This document shows positions 1-9,548 of a stretch of DNA of 64,000 bases, piece by piece. Origin of the DNA: an uncultured beta proteobacterium (GTDB taxonomy: Bacteria > Pseudomonadota > Gammaproteobacteria > Burkholderiales > Casimicrobiaceae); NCBI GenBank assembly GCA_963724975.1, contig CAVRXB010000001.1, positions 606,511-670,510 on the forward strand, given 5' to 3'. The stretch's first letter is position 1; each line of letters starts with the position of its first letter. The notes beneath the pieces are model-generated. The model searched no databases. It worked only from the letters and a program-made list of their open reading frames with translations, and was not told the origin of the DNA. Position numbers and translations under genes: made by a program.

Positions 1-546
1 GAGCGCCACCGGCACCCGCTCGACCCCGAGTTCGGTCGCGCGCATGTAGAGCTTGTGCATCTCCATCCACTTCGCCGGGATCCAGCGCTCGTAGCGGAAA
101 ACGCGCAGCTTGGCGTCGGTGCCGTAATAATGGATGAGCCGCGAGAAGAGGCGTGGGGTGACCGGCTTCCAGCGCGGGTTGTCGCCCTGCGCAAGCGCCT
201 GCTCAAGCGAGGACTGATAGGCGAAGATGAACCCCTGACACATTTCCTGCACCGCCTGCCACAGACGCTCCGCAAGGCGCGCGGAGGTATCGACGTTCTC
301 GACGTATTGCTTGATGAGCTGCCGGCGATCGGCACCCAGCGCGGAATCGAGGAACTCGACCGCGGCGACGCGATTCAGGTCGGGGGCTTTGCGCGCCTGC
401 CGCATGCCATCGAACGCGCGCATCACGTGCTGCTGGCGCCCGATCACGTCGAGCGTGGGCAACTGACGCAACCAGCCGGACGCCGTTTTCGGCGTCAGCA
501 AAGGATCGGGATTGTCCCGTGCCTGCTGGGTCAGAAATCCGAACAT
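1..546 (-). CDS. hypothetical protein, N-terminal part (gene runs off the left edge)
   Basis: Minus-strand frame is open from ATG at 546 to position 1 (MFGFLTQQARDNPDPLLTPKTASGWLRQLPTLDVIGRQQHVMRAFDGM...). Absent from the ORF track because it has no stop in the window. No family recognised. Confidence 0.55.
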   Translation of the reverse strand, partial: MFGFLTQQARDNPDPLLTPKTASGWLRQLPTLDVIGRQQHVMRAFDGMRQARKAPDLNRVAAVEFLDSALGADRRQLIKQYVENVDTSARLAERLWQAVQEMCQGFIFAYQSSLEQALAQGDNPRWKPVTPRLFSRLIHYYGTDAKLRVFRYERWIPAKWMEMHKLYMRATELGVERVPVAL

Positions 547-790
547 TGTTCAGCTTGTAACGCCCGCGACAGAAAGACGATGACGCAACGGCGGACGGCG
601 CAATTCAAGCGCAGCCTCGATCCACGATTTCGAAATTGAGCGTCCATTTATAGCCCAATTCCCGCAGCGGCGCAAAAGCGCGCCGGCGTCGGCTACAATC
701 GCGGCTCGCGATGACCCGCGCGCATCCCTCGGACGAGTTGTCCGCGCCGCTTCGCTCGCTAACACGCGGTCCATCTTCAGGAGGTGTTTC

Positions 791-1327
791 ATGTCGCCTT
801 TGCTCTTCTCGCGGATTGTTCTGCGCTCTTCGCGCAAACGGGTCCGCGGCCGTTTTCCGGGTTTCGCGGTCGCCGTCCTGTGCGGCGCCATAGCCGGCAC
901 GCCGAACGCGCAACAACCCGCGTCCAGCAGTGCGCAACCCGCGACTCCCCCCTTATCAAGCAAGATCGGTGCCCAAGTGACAGACCTCAAGAAAATTGAT
1001 GTAAAACAAGGTGATGGCATGGAAGCCGTCGCTGGTAAAACCGTGGTCGTCCACTACACCGGGTGGCTCTATGACCCGGACGCGGCTGACGGTCATGGCA
1101 AGAAGTTCGACAGCTCGGTCGATCGCAAGGAGCCGTTCGATTTCAGGCTCGGCGCTGGCAAGGTCATCAAGGGTTGGGACGAAGGCGTCGCAGGCATGAA
1201 AGTCGGCGGTAAGCGCACACTTGTGATCCCGCCGCAGATGGGTTACGGCGCGCGCGGCGCGGGCGGCGTGATTCCTCCCAATGCGACGCTTTTGTTCGAC
1301 GTCGAGCTGATCGAAGTCAAAGGCTAG
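791..1327 (+). CDS. FKBP-type peptidyl-prolyl cis-trans isomerase, secreted
   Basis: AGGAGG lies 7 nt upstream of the ATG. Signal-peptide-like N-terminus. FKBP motifs [55 protein letters not shown]. Confidence 0.93.
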   Translation: MSPLLFSRIVLRSSRKRVRGRFPGFAVAVLCGAIAGTPNAQQPASSSAQPATPPLSSKIGAQVTDLKKIDVKQGDGMEAVAGKTVVVHYTGWLYDPDAADGHGKKFDSSVDRKEPFDFRLGAGKVIKGWDEGVAGMKVGGKRTLVIPPQMGYGARGAGGVIPPNATLLFDVELIEVKG

Positions 1328-1564
1328 CTAGCAGGCGGAGTGCCAAGAAAAGTAACTCTCCGCCTTCGGTGCCGACGATCCAATCCGCTTCGCGACTAGC
1401 GGCGCGCTGACATTTTTTTCCAAACGCGTCGCGAACTCCGCGATAAGCGGCGCGCCGAAATTTCACCGCGCGGTAAAAGTTAGGCGCGCCGTTTCATCGC
1501 CACAATGAGTCCCGAGCGGCGCGTGTGCGTTCTGCCGCGCCCGACCCCCCGTGCGTAGGACTCA

Positions 1565-2353
1565 TCACCAGTAAGTCTCCAGCGTGATCTGCCCCGGCTC
1601 CCGCCGCCGGTGCCGCTTCATCCCCCTCTTCGCCAGCACCGCCTGCACGTCGTCCACCATCGCCGGATTGCCGCACAGCATCACGTGCGCGCTCGAAGCG
1701 GTCAGTGCCTGACCCGCGCGTGACTCAAGCCGGCCGTCCGGAATCAGCGCCGGAATCCGTCCTGCCAGTGCATCGGGATGTGCTTCGCGGCTCACCACCG
1801 GTACGTAGGTAAACGCCCCGTGATGTTGGCGCACGACGCCGTCGATCACGTCACGGTACGCGAGGTCGGCGGCGACACGCACCGCATGCACGAGCACCAC
1901 GCGCGTGAATTTTTCCCACGGCACCGCAGTCCGCAGAATCGACAGAAACGGCCCGATCCCGGTTCCGGTCGAGATGCACCACAGCACTTCGGCCTCGGGC
2001 ACTTCGGCCATCGTGAAGAACCCGTTCGCGTTCGGCAGCATGAAGACGGGATCGCCCGCTTCGAGCACGGCGAGTCGTGGAGACAGCGGCCCTTCCGGCA
2101 AGACGTTGAAGAAGAACTCGTGCTGCGGCATGCCGGGCGGATTCACGAACGAATAGGGGCGCCCGATGATCTCTTCCTTCGAGCCTGGGGGCGCGGGCAG
2201 CCCCAAACGGGCGAATTGCCCAGCGACAAACGTGACTTCGGGTGCCGCGATTTCGATCGACACGAGTCGGTCGGTCCAGCTTTTTTTTCCGACCAGCTTG
2301 CCCTGCACCCACTTGCTCATCAGGGGATTCCCCGCAGAAGGTAAGATGGTCAT
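1565..2353 (-). CDS. fpr: ferredoxin--NADP(+) reductase
   Basis: Fpr-type motifs RPYSF, STGTGIGPF, MLCGNPAM and C-terminal ETYW. The true start may be the internal ATG at 2320 (MSKWVQGK...). Confidence 0.9.
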   Translation of the reverse strand: MTILPSAGNPLMSKWVQGKLVGKKSWTDRLVSIEIAAPEVTFVAGQFARLGLPAPPGSKEEIIGRPYSFVNPPGMPQHEFFFNVLPEGPLSPRLAVLEAGDPVFMLPNANGFFTMAEVPEAEVLWCISTGTGIGPFLSILRTAVPWEKFTRVVLVHAVRVAADLAYRDVIDGVVRQHHGAFTYVPVVSREAHPDALAGRIPALIPDGRLESRAGQALTASSAHVMLCGNPAMVDDVQAVLAKRGMKRHRRREPGQITLETYW

Positions 2354-2954
2354 TATGCCAACCTCGCCGAGGCGCTCTGCGCCGCCCGGTCATAACCGCA
2401 ACTCCCGCCTGTATGTTTGCCCGCCGCGGCAAGCCGATGCCGCCGCCTTTCTGGCTGCGGTTCGTGCGAGCCGGAAGCTGCACGGAGCCTGGGTCCGCGC
2501 GCCTCATTCGGCGGCAAAGTATCGCGAGTACGTCGCCCGGTACGGGGCCCGCGCCCAGCGTGACCCGCTGGTGGCGACGCATGCGGGCGTTCTCGTCCGC
2601 GACAGGGCCGATGAAGCGCTGGTCGGCGTATTCAATTTCAGCGAAATTGTCCGTGGCGCATTTCAAAGCGCCTACCTCGGCTATTACGCGTTCGCCCCGT
2701 ACGCCGGCTCGGGGCGCATGGCCGAGGGGCTCGGGCTGGCGCTCGAATTTGCCTTTCGCACGCTCAAGCTGCATCGAGTCGAGGTCAACGTGCAGCCTCG
2801 CAACGCGCGCTCCCATGCGCTGGTGCTGGGCGCGGGTTTCGCGCGCGAGGGCTTCTCGCGACGCTACCTCCGGATCGGCCGTCGCTGGCGCGATCATGTG
2901 CGCTACGCCCTGCTCGCCGAAGACTGGCGTGCAAGGCGGAAAAAGTCGCGATGA
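2346..2954 (+). CDS. GNAT family N-acetyltransferase (RimJ/RimL-like)
   Basis: 3' part of ORF 2166..2954. Start placed at ATG 2346 (AAGG 4 nt upstream); ATG 2355 is an alternative. GNAT core: VGVFNFSEIVRGAFQSAYLGYY, then LHRVEVNVQPRNARS, then GF.REG. Confidence 0.85.
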   Translation: MVIMPTSPRRSAPPGHNRNSRLYVCPPRQADAAAFLAAVRASRKLHGAWVRAPHSAAKYREYVARYGARAQRDPLVATHAGVLVRDRADEALVGVFNFSEIVRGAFQSAYLGYYAFAPYAGSGRMAEGLGLALEFAFRTLKLHRVEVNVQPRNARSHALVLGAGFAREGFSRRYLRIGRRWRDHVRYALLAEDWRARRKKSR

Positions 2955-3343
2955 CGGTTCATCCCGGCAGCGCACGACGCACTGCCGCGGCGATGATCGG
3001 AACATGGGGGCTTTTCGGTTGTGCCGCCGCTCCGCTCACCGCCGAAGCGCCCAGAATCGTTACGGGAATGGTGCTGACGCCGTACGAAATCCGCGAGGAT
3101 TGCGTTCGTCTGTCTCTCGGCGATCGCCTCGACTACACCTTCGATGCAACTGACCCCGTTGCGTTCGAGATTCGATATCGCGAGGGAGCGGCCGCGATCT
3201 CGCCGATCGTTCGCGCTCCGGTTCGCACCGATGCCGGCGTTTACACGGCGCCTCTCGGACTCCAGTACTGCCTCGTGTGGGAGGCGGGAGCTGCGGGTGC
3301 GCTCGTCGACTATCGACTGCGACTGCGACCCGCGGCGCGCTGA
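2951..3343 (+). CDS. hypothetical secreted protein
   Basis: 130-aa ORF whose ATG overlaps the upstream stop (ATGA). Hydrophobic signal-like N-terminus. No family recognised. Confidence 0.55.
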   Translation: MTVHPGSARRTAAAMIGTWGLFGCAAAPLTAEAPRIVTGMVLTPYEIREDCVRLSLGDRLDYTFDATDPVAFEIRYREGAAAISPIVRAPVRTDAGVYTAPLGLQYCLVWEAGAAGALVDYRLRLRPAAR

Positions 3344-3347
3344 TCGG

Positions 3348-4082
3348 CTAGTCCGAGAGATCGGTGTGCGCGTAGGTGCGGCCGTTCTCGACCGGCGCGA
3401 AGACGAGCTTCGCGACAATGTTGCGCGCCACCTCCGCCGGCTCCTTGAGGATGCCCTGTTCCTTGAAGCCGCGGAACATCGCGACGCTCGGAACTTCGGC
3501 CGGATCACGGCTGCGCATGAACTGCTGCATCGCGGTCTCGAAGATCCCCGGGCGCAGCGTGATGCATTCGATCGACCGATCCGGGTGGTCGGCGATGACC
3601 GCGCGGGTCAGCATTTCAAGGGCGGCCTTCGACATGCAGTAGGGGCTGCTGCCCGCGATCGGGTTCACCGCGGCGCCCGACGAGATGTTGATGATCCGGC
3701 GCGCGGGCAACGCGCCGGGGAAGGCGCGGCAGAAGAGATCGACCATGACAACGGGCGCTGCGACGTTGGTCGCAATCGCGGATTCGATTTCCGCGGCATC
3801 GAGCCGTCCGATGAGGCCGACCGGCGTCGCGACGGCCGCGTTGTTGATCAGCGTCACGGCAGACGGCTTGTCGAGCGCAAGATCGCGCAGCGCGGGCAGG
3901 ACCGCGGCAGCTACGACCGCAGGGTGGGCGAGATCGCAGGCGACGTGCCGGTACCGATCGCTCTGGTGCCGCGCGCTCCGGCTGCGGCCGACACCCACGA
4001 CCATCGCGCCGCGCCCGAGAAGCTCGGCGGCAAGCGCCTCACCCAGCCCGCGCGAGACACCGGTGACTATGGCTGCATGCAT
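3348..4082 (-). CDS. SDR family short-chain dehydrogenase/reductase
   Basis: TGVSRGLG cofactor motif, NNAA, and catalytic Ser plus YCMSK (YxxxK). Confidence 0.9.
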   Translation of the reverse strand: MHAAIVTGVSRGLGEALAAELLGRGAMVVGVGRSRSARHQSDRYRHVACDLAHPAVVAAAVLPALRDLALDKPSAVTLINNAAVATPVGLIGRLDAAEIESAIATNVAAPVVMVDLFCRAFPGALPARRIINISSGAAVNPIAGSSPYCMSKAALEMLTRAVIADHPDRSIECITLRPGIFETAMQQFMRSRDPAEVPSVAMFRGFKEQGILKEPAEVARNIVAKLVFAPVENGRTYAHTDLSD

Positions 4083-4152
4083 CGTCTCTCCATCGTGGCA
4101 AGCGATTCAGCGTAGCACGCGACGGTCGTCATGGTCCTCGATCAACGTGGCT

Positions 4153-5244
4153 TTAGCGCCCGCCGCTGAGCGACAGCGCAATCAGGACGACGACGAGAAT
4201 CGCGAGGACGATGAGCGCGATCTTCCACGGGCTCTTCGGATATTCGCCGCGCACGGCGCCCGTCACGCCGTTCAACGCGCACTGGAACACGCGCGCGCCG
4301 AAGGTATACGTAAGGAGCCATATCGGCGCCAGAATGTGCTTGAAAGTCTGGCCGGAGTAATCGGAGTGGACGACGAGATTCCGGAACGTGTCGCCGGGTA
4401 TCTGCTGGGCGCATAGCGCCTGCACCTTCGCGTCCATCGCGTCGCGCGCTCGTTGCGCGGCGGCGACGAGATCGATCTGGTAGCGCTCGACGACCCACCC
4501 CGCCACGTAGCCGGCGTCGTAGGCGCGCAGGTCCTGCGTCGGAAACGGCTCGATTCCGCGCAACAGTTCCGGATGAACGCCGACCGACGCGCACACGAGG
4601 TCATCATCGAAGAAATGCTGGAGGCGGCCCGCCGCCGGCTCCCAGCGTATGTGCTGGACCTGGCGAGTGCGTGTCTGGCCACCCTCGGAATACGTTTCGG
4701 TCGTGTAGTAGTAATGCCCGGCTTCGGCGGTCCACGCGGCATCGACGCGCGCATCGAACGTCCAGTACGGGACGTACACGCCGCGGACCGTGTCCGTCAG
4801 CGCTCTGCGCTTCAACGCCGAGGGCGCAAGCCACAGCTTGCCGTACCAGGTGCGGATCGCATCGCGCGCTGCGCTCTCCGACAGTTTGAACGGCAGCACG
4901 CTTTCCGGGCGAAAGGCGGGTTTCGCCTCCTCGTACGGCACGAGTTGCGCCGAGCCGCAGAATTCGCAGTTTTGCGCCTGTCGTTTCGGGTCGAGCACGG
5001 AGATCGCATTGCAGCTCTGGCACTTGACCTGGCGCTTCTGCGCCTGCCAGCCGCGAGCGTCGTCGCCGATACCTCGCAGCGCCGCGACGAGATCATGCTC
5101 GACGACGCTGCCGCCGGAGTCGATCTTCGCCGGTGATTCGGTGCCGCAGAAAGGACAGACGAGCTTTTGCTTCGCCGGGTTCCAGACCGCTTCGCCGCCG
5201 CACGATGGGCACGCGAACTTCGAAAGCGCAACGGTTTCCGCCAC
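4153..5244 (-). CDS. double zinc-ribbon membrane protein (YdjG-like)
   Basis: Two CxxC..CxxC pairs (CPSCGG..CPFCG and CQSCN..CEFCG). Single C-terminal TM helix (IALIVLAILVVVLIAL). Last gene of the SPFH operon. Confidence 0.8.
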   Translation of the reverse strand: MAETVALSKFACPSCGGEAVWNPAKQKLVCPFCGTESPAKIDSGGSVVEHDLVAALRGIGDDARGWQAQKRQVKCQSCNAISVLDPKRQAQNCEFCGSAQLVPYEEAKPAFRPESVLPFKLSESAARDAIRTWYGKLWLAPSALKRRALTDTVRGVYVPYWTFDARVDAAWTAEAGHYYYTTETYSEGGQTRTRQVQHIRWEPAAGRLQHFFDDDLVCASVGVHPELLRGIEPFPTQDLRAYDAGYVAGWVVERYQIDLVAAAQRARDAMDAKVQALCAQQIPGDTFRNLVVHSDYSGQTFKHILAPIWLLTYTFGARVFQCALNGVTGAVRGEYPKSPWKIALIVLAILVVVLIALSLSGGR

Positions 5245-5266
5245 GTCCGAGGACCCGCGCCGGGCG

Positions 5267-5710
5267 TCAGCGGATGAAGTAGCCGATCACGCGCCAGACG
5301 CCATCCTTCTCGCGCTCGAGGGTGACGGTCTCGACGCTGTCCGCCTTCTTGGCGAACGCGGTTCTGTACTGGATGAGCGCGTACTCGCCTTCCGGGCCGC
5401 CGTCCGGCAACTTCTTATCAAAGCTCGTTTGCAAAATCGACCGCTGGTCGAGCGCGCCGAGTGGCCCCCGAGCCTTTTGCAACGCCTCTGCCCACTTGTC
5501 GCCGGTAACCGCTTCCTTGAATTTGGTGCCTGCGGCGTCGTAACTTGCGGCGGCATCGACTTTGTCGGTTTTCGCGAGCCATTCGCGCGCGGCCTTCTGC
5601 GCCAGGATCGAATTCGGGTCCTGCGCGAACGCTGCGCCTGCCAACAAGCAGACAATCGCCACCCACGCGCGCAACGCTGCCCCACGCCCCGGCAGCATTC
5701 GCGCGATCAT
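5267..5710 (-). CDS. DUF4019-like periplasmic protein
   Basis: Start chosen at ATG 5710, overlapping the SPFH stop (ATGA). Signal peptide ends ..LLAGAAFAQ. NTF2-like sequence ends DGVWRVIGYFIR. Confidence 0.7.
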   Translation of the reverse strand: MIARMLPGRGAALRAWVAIVCLLAGAAFAQDPNSILAQKAAREWLAKTDKVDAAASYDAAGTKFKEAVTGDKWAEALQKARGPLGALDQRSILQTSFDKKLPDGGPEGEYALIQYRTAFAKKADSVETVTLEREKDGVWRVIGYFIR

Positions 5711-6771
5711 GACTTCAGAAACGCATCGATGGCCGCGCGCGTTATCCGCCACTGCGTGCCGATCTTCTTGCCCTTCAAGTCGCCGGCCTCGAGACTCGTC
5801 ATTACGTCAGTCTCGCCCACGCCCAACGCTTGCGCGACCTGCGCCGGCGTCATCAATTCCGGCGTCGCGCCGCCGCCCGCTGGCGGTGCCGCAATGCCGG
5901 GGGTGGACTGCGCCATGATGCCGCCTGTCTGGTTCATCATTTGCTGCGCCATCGCCATACCGACGGCCATTTCGGCGCCGATCCCGCCAACGCCCGAATG
6001 ACCGCCTTTCTCCATGCCCTGCGCCATCTGGAACTTGACGTAATCGTTGAGGTTGCCGACCGCCGCCATCGACGAGCGCTTGTCGATCGCCTGCTCGACT
6101 TCAGGCGGCACCGAAACATTTTCGACGATGAAGCTCGTCATCTCGAGGCCGTATTTCTCGCCGATCGCGGGATTGATAAGCGGCAGTAGCGCTCCGCCCA
6201 GCTCGCCGTAGCGCGACGCGACGTCGAGCGCCGGAATCTTGGCCGCCGCGAGCGCATCCGAGAACACGCTGACGATCCGGGATCGCATCGTGTCGTTGAA
6301 TTCGTCGAGGCGGAAGTGGTCGTCGGTGCCTGCGACCTCCTTCAGGAACTTCTTCACGTCGATTATCCTGAAGTCGTAAATGCCGAACGCGCGCAAGCGC
6401 ACGATACCGAAATCGGCATCGCGCATCATCACCGGATTGGCGGTCCCCCATTTGTTGCCGGTGAACACGCGCGTCACGACGTAATACACGTCGGCCTTGA
6501 ATGGGCTTTCGAGCGCGTATTTCCAGCTCTTGAGGTTGGTGAGGACCGGGATGTTGTCGGTCGTCAGCGTGTACTTGCCGGGACCGAACGTGTCGCCGAA
6601 CTCACCGAGGTACACGAACTGCGCGGCCTGGGATTCGCGCACGATGAGCTGTGCTCCCTTCTTGATTTCCTTGTCCTCGTCGGGGAAGCGGAACGACAGC
6701 GTATCGCGCGAGTCGTCCGTCCACTCGATGATGTCGATGAACTGTTTTTTCAGGAAATCGATGATGGCCAT
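5707..6771 (-). CDS. SPFH/band-7 domain protein (YdjI-like) with C-terminal excisionase-type HTH
   Basis: Start at ATG 6771 (MAIIDFLKKQFIDIIEW). SPFH 'virion core protein-like' body, Gly/Met-rich linker, and C-terminal LMTPAQVAQALGVGETDV..KIGTQWRITRAAIDAFL. Confidence 0.85.
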   Translation of the reverse strand: MAIIDFLKKQFIDIIEWTDDSRDTLSFRFPDEDKEIKKGAQLIVRESQAAQFVYLGEFGDTFGPGKYTLTTDNIPVLTNLKSWKYALESPFKADVYYVVTRVFTGNKWGTANPVMMRDADFGIVRLRAFGIYDFRIIDVKKFLKEVAGTDDHFRLDEFNDTMRSRIVSVFSDALAAAKIPALDVASRYGELGGALLPLINPAIGEKYGLEMTSFIVENVSVPPEVEQAIDKRSSMAAVGNLNDYVKFQMAQGMEKGGHSGVGGIGAEMAVGMAMAQQMMNQTGGIMAQSTPGIAAPPAGGGATPELMTPAQVAQALGVGETDVMTSLEAGDLKGKKIGTQWRITRAAIDAFLKS

Positions 6772-6834
6772 TGCAGCTCCGGCGCGTTTCGGATCACAGC
6801 GGGCCGGCACTGCGCCGGCCAGACAGTTAATCGT

Positions 6835-7635
6835 TCATTTCTTCGCGGTATTGGCCTTGGCGGGGACCGTAGCGGCCTGCGACAGCTCCGACTCGAGCTG
6901 GACCGCTGGCAGCGCGCCCGGAATCACTGACCCGTCGGCGAAAACCAGCGTCGGTGTGGCGCTGATCTTGAGCTTGGTCCCGAGCACGTTGGTCGCGACG
7001 ACCGGATTGTCGCAATCACCTTTGTTGTCCGGAAGTGCGCCGGACGCGAAGAATTCGTCCCACGCCTTTGCCTTGTCGGGCGAGCACCAGATGGTCCGCG
7101 ACTTGCGCGCGGCGTCCGGGTGCAGCTGGTCGATCGGGAAGAGAAATGTGTAGATCGTGACGTTGTCGATGCTCTTCAGCTCTTCTTCCAGCCGCGCACA
7201 ATAGGGGCAGTCGGCGTCCGAGAAGATCGCGAGCTTGCGTTCTCCGTTGCCCTTGACCCGGGTGAACGAGAGGTTCAGCGGCAGGCTGTCGAAGGCGACC
7301 TTGTTCAATTCACGCTGGCGCGCCTCGGTCAGGTTCTTCTTCGTGTTGGCATCGTAGATTGACCCCACGACCATGTAGTTGGCCTTGGCGTCGGTGTACA
7401 TGATCCGATCTTCGAGCTGGATCTCGAACAACCCGAAATAGGGCGTCTTGACGACGCTGCGCACGGTCGCGCCGGGAAGCTTCTGTTCGATTAGCTTTTT
7501 CACCGCGGCAGCTTCTGCGGTAAGCGGCGCCGCGGGCGGCGCGTCCGCCATCGCGGGGGCAGCGAACAGCGCAACCGCCGCCACCAAAGCCGCTGTCAGG
7601 AGCCGACGCGGTGGGGCGTTAATGGATGCCATCAT
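6835..7635 (-). CDS. dsbC: thiol:disulfide interchange protein DsbC/DsbG family
   Basis: Signal peptide, CPYC active site, C-terminal thioredoxin fold. Start at ATG 7635 with GGAGA upstream; the ORF track starts at TTG 7647. Confidence 0.9.
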   Translation of the reverse strand: MMASINAPPRRLLTAALVAAVALFAAPAMADAPPAAPLTAEAAAVKKLIEQKLPGATVRSVVKTPYFGLFEIQLEDRIMYTDAKANYMVVGSIYDANTKKNLTEARQRELNKVAFDSLPLNLSFTRVKGNGERKLAIFSDADCPYCARLEEELKSIDNVTIYTFLFPIDQLHPDAARKSRTIWCSPDKAKAWDEFFASGALPDNKGDCDNPVVATNVLGTKLKISATPTLVFADGSVIPGALPAVQLESELSQAATVPAKANTAKK

Positions 7636-7677
7636 CAGGATCTCCAAAGTATTCGTTCGCCGGATTTTAGCAGCCGG

Positions 7678-8856
7678 CTAGCGAAGGGCCGATTGCGCCA
7701 GCAGGCGCCTTGCGAGAGGCATCCGCTCGACAGCGGACAGCCCGAGGTTTCGTGCCGACCGGATCCATGGGACGTTGATCCGGAAGAGATGGGCCAGTGC
7801 ATCGGTGATCGTTTGCATAGCGTGTACGGGTCCCGCTCGGAGGCGCGCGTAACGGTCAAGCAAAACGGGTGCCCCGGCATCCCCAACGGGGCCGCGCTCC
7901 CGAAGAACGGTGGAAAGCGCGGCGACGTCACCGAACCCGAGATTGACGCCCTGGCCGGCGAGCGGATGGACGCCGTGCGCGGCGTCCCCGACCAGCGCGA
8001 CTCGATGCGCGACGACCATGGGCAGTTTCAGGAATGAAAGCGGGAAAGCGGCGGCAGGCGTTAGGGAATGGAATGCGCCGAGTGCGTTGGCACCTGCCGC
8101 AGCGACGCGGAGCGCGAGCGCCGACGAATCGAGCGCAAGCAATTCGTCAGCTAACGCCTCGGGCGCCGACCAGACGATCGAAACACGGTGTCCGGGGAGC
8201 GGCAACCATGCGAGCACACCGCCATCGTCGCGGAACCATTGGTATGCGCGGCCGTGATGCGCGCGTTCGCAGCTGAAATTGGCGACTACCGCGGTCTGTC
8301 CGTAGGGCTTCGGCAACACCATGATCCCGGCAGCTTCGCGGACGCGGGAGCGGATGCCGTCGGCGCCGACGATGAGCCGCGCGGCGATGCTCCCGCCGTC
8401 CTCGAACCGCACTTCGCCTGCCGCAGCATTCCAGCGGATCGACGCAATCGCACGCGGCGCATGTGTCGTTACGCCCGCGGCGTGAACCAGCGGGACGAGC
8501 GCCTCGCGCAGCGCGCGCTCCTCGACAATCCATGCGAGCGCGCGTTCGCCTATTTCATACGCGCTGAAATTGAGCGCACCGCCGTCGTCGCCCTCGACGT
8601 GCATCGTCTCGATCGGCGTGATGCGCTCCGAGGGCAGCGCCTGCCACGCCCCGAGCGCACGCAGAAGCGATGCACTGCCCGGGCTGATCGCATAAACGCG
8701 GGAATCCCAGTCGCTGTCGCCGGCAGGCGCTTCCGGAACGGTCATGGGGACCCGATCGGCGAGAGCCACCGCAAGGCCCGTAGCCGCGAGCGCGGGCGCC
8801 AGCGCTTGCCCGACAAGGCCGGCTCCGGCAATCAGCACGTCGTAATCCGTAGTCAT
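7678..8856 (-). CDS. UbiH/UbiF/VisC/COQ6-family FAD-dependent monooxygenase
   Basis: [11 protein letters not shown] dinucleotide fold, GADG.RS, and [16 protein letters not shown]. The ATG overlaps the hslV stop (ATGA). Confidence 0.88.
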   Translation of the reverse strand: MTTDYDVLIAGAGLVGQALAPALAATGLAVALADRVPMTVPEAPAGDSDWDSRVYAISPGSASLLRALGAWQALPSERITPIETMHVEGDDGGALNFSAYEIGERALAWIVEERALREALVPLVHAAGVTTHAPRAIASIRWNAAAGEVRFEDGGSIAARLIVGADGIRSRVREAAGIMVLPKPYGQTAVVANFSCERAHHGRAYQWFRDDGGVLAWLPLPGHRVSIVWSAPEALADELLALDSSALALRVAAAGANALGAFHSLTPAAAFPLSFLKLPMVVAHRVALVGDAAHGVHPLAGQGVNLGFGDVAALSTVLRERGPVGDAGAPVLLDRYARLRAGPVHAMQTITDALAHLFRINVPWIRSARNLGLSAVERMPLARRLLAQSALR

Positions 8857-9395
8857 TCCTTATCGAGCACTTCGATGACGTGGTTCTGATTGGTATAGAC
8901 GCAAAGATCGCCCGCAATGACAAGACTTTGTTTGACGATCTCCGAGGCGGAAAGTGCCGTGTGATCGAGGAGTGCGCGTGCGGCAGCCTGGGCATAGGGC
9001 CCGCCCGAGCCGATCGCCACGATGCCGTATTCAGGCTCCAGCACGTCGCCCGTCCCGGTCACGATCAGCGCCGCCGTACGGTCGGCCACGGCCAACATCG
9101 CCTCGAGGCGCCGCAGGATGCGATCAGCGCGCCAATCCTTGGCGAGCTCGACGGCAGCACGAGTGAGGTGTCCTTGATGTTTGTCGAGCTTCGCTTCAAA
9201 GCGCTCGAAGAGCGTGAACGCGTCGGCGGTGGCGCCGGCAAATCCGGCAAGTACCCGGTCGCCGTAGAGGCGGCGCACTTTGCGCGCGGTTGCTTTCACG
9301 ACGACGCTTCCGAGCGTCACCTGGCCATCGCCGCCCAGAGCGACCGCGCCGTCGCGGCGAACGGAGAGAATCGTGGTTCCGTGAAACGTTTCCAT
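8853..9395 (-). CDS. hslV: ATP-dependent protease subunit HslV
   Basis: [15 protein letters not shown]-terminus, [26 protein letters not shown], and GSGG.YA. Start at ATG 9395; the ORF track begins at GTG 9401. Confidence 0.93.
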   Translation of the reverse strand: METFHGTTILSVRRDGAVALGGDGQVTLGSVVVKATARKVRRLYGDRVLAGFAGATADAFTLFERFEAKLDKHQGHLTRAAVELAKDWRADRILRRLEAMLAVADRTAALIVTGTGDVLEPEYGIVAIGSGGPYAQAAARALLDHTALSASEIVKQSLVIAGDLCVYTNQNHVIEVLDKE

Positions 9396-9548
9396 GTTCA
9401 CACCTGCGGAAGTTTTTCCCGCTCCTTGAATTGCGATCCTGGGGGTGCGCGCCGCGTGCGGCCGGAAGGCCTGCGCGGGGCTGCGGCCGCGTCAGCGGCA
9501 CCGATCCATCATTGTGGACCGGAGCGTTGGGCGTCGGCCGCCTTGGCC

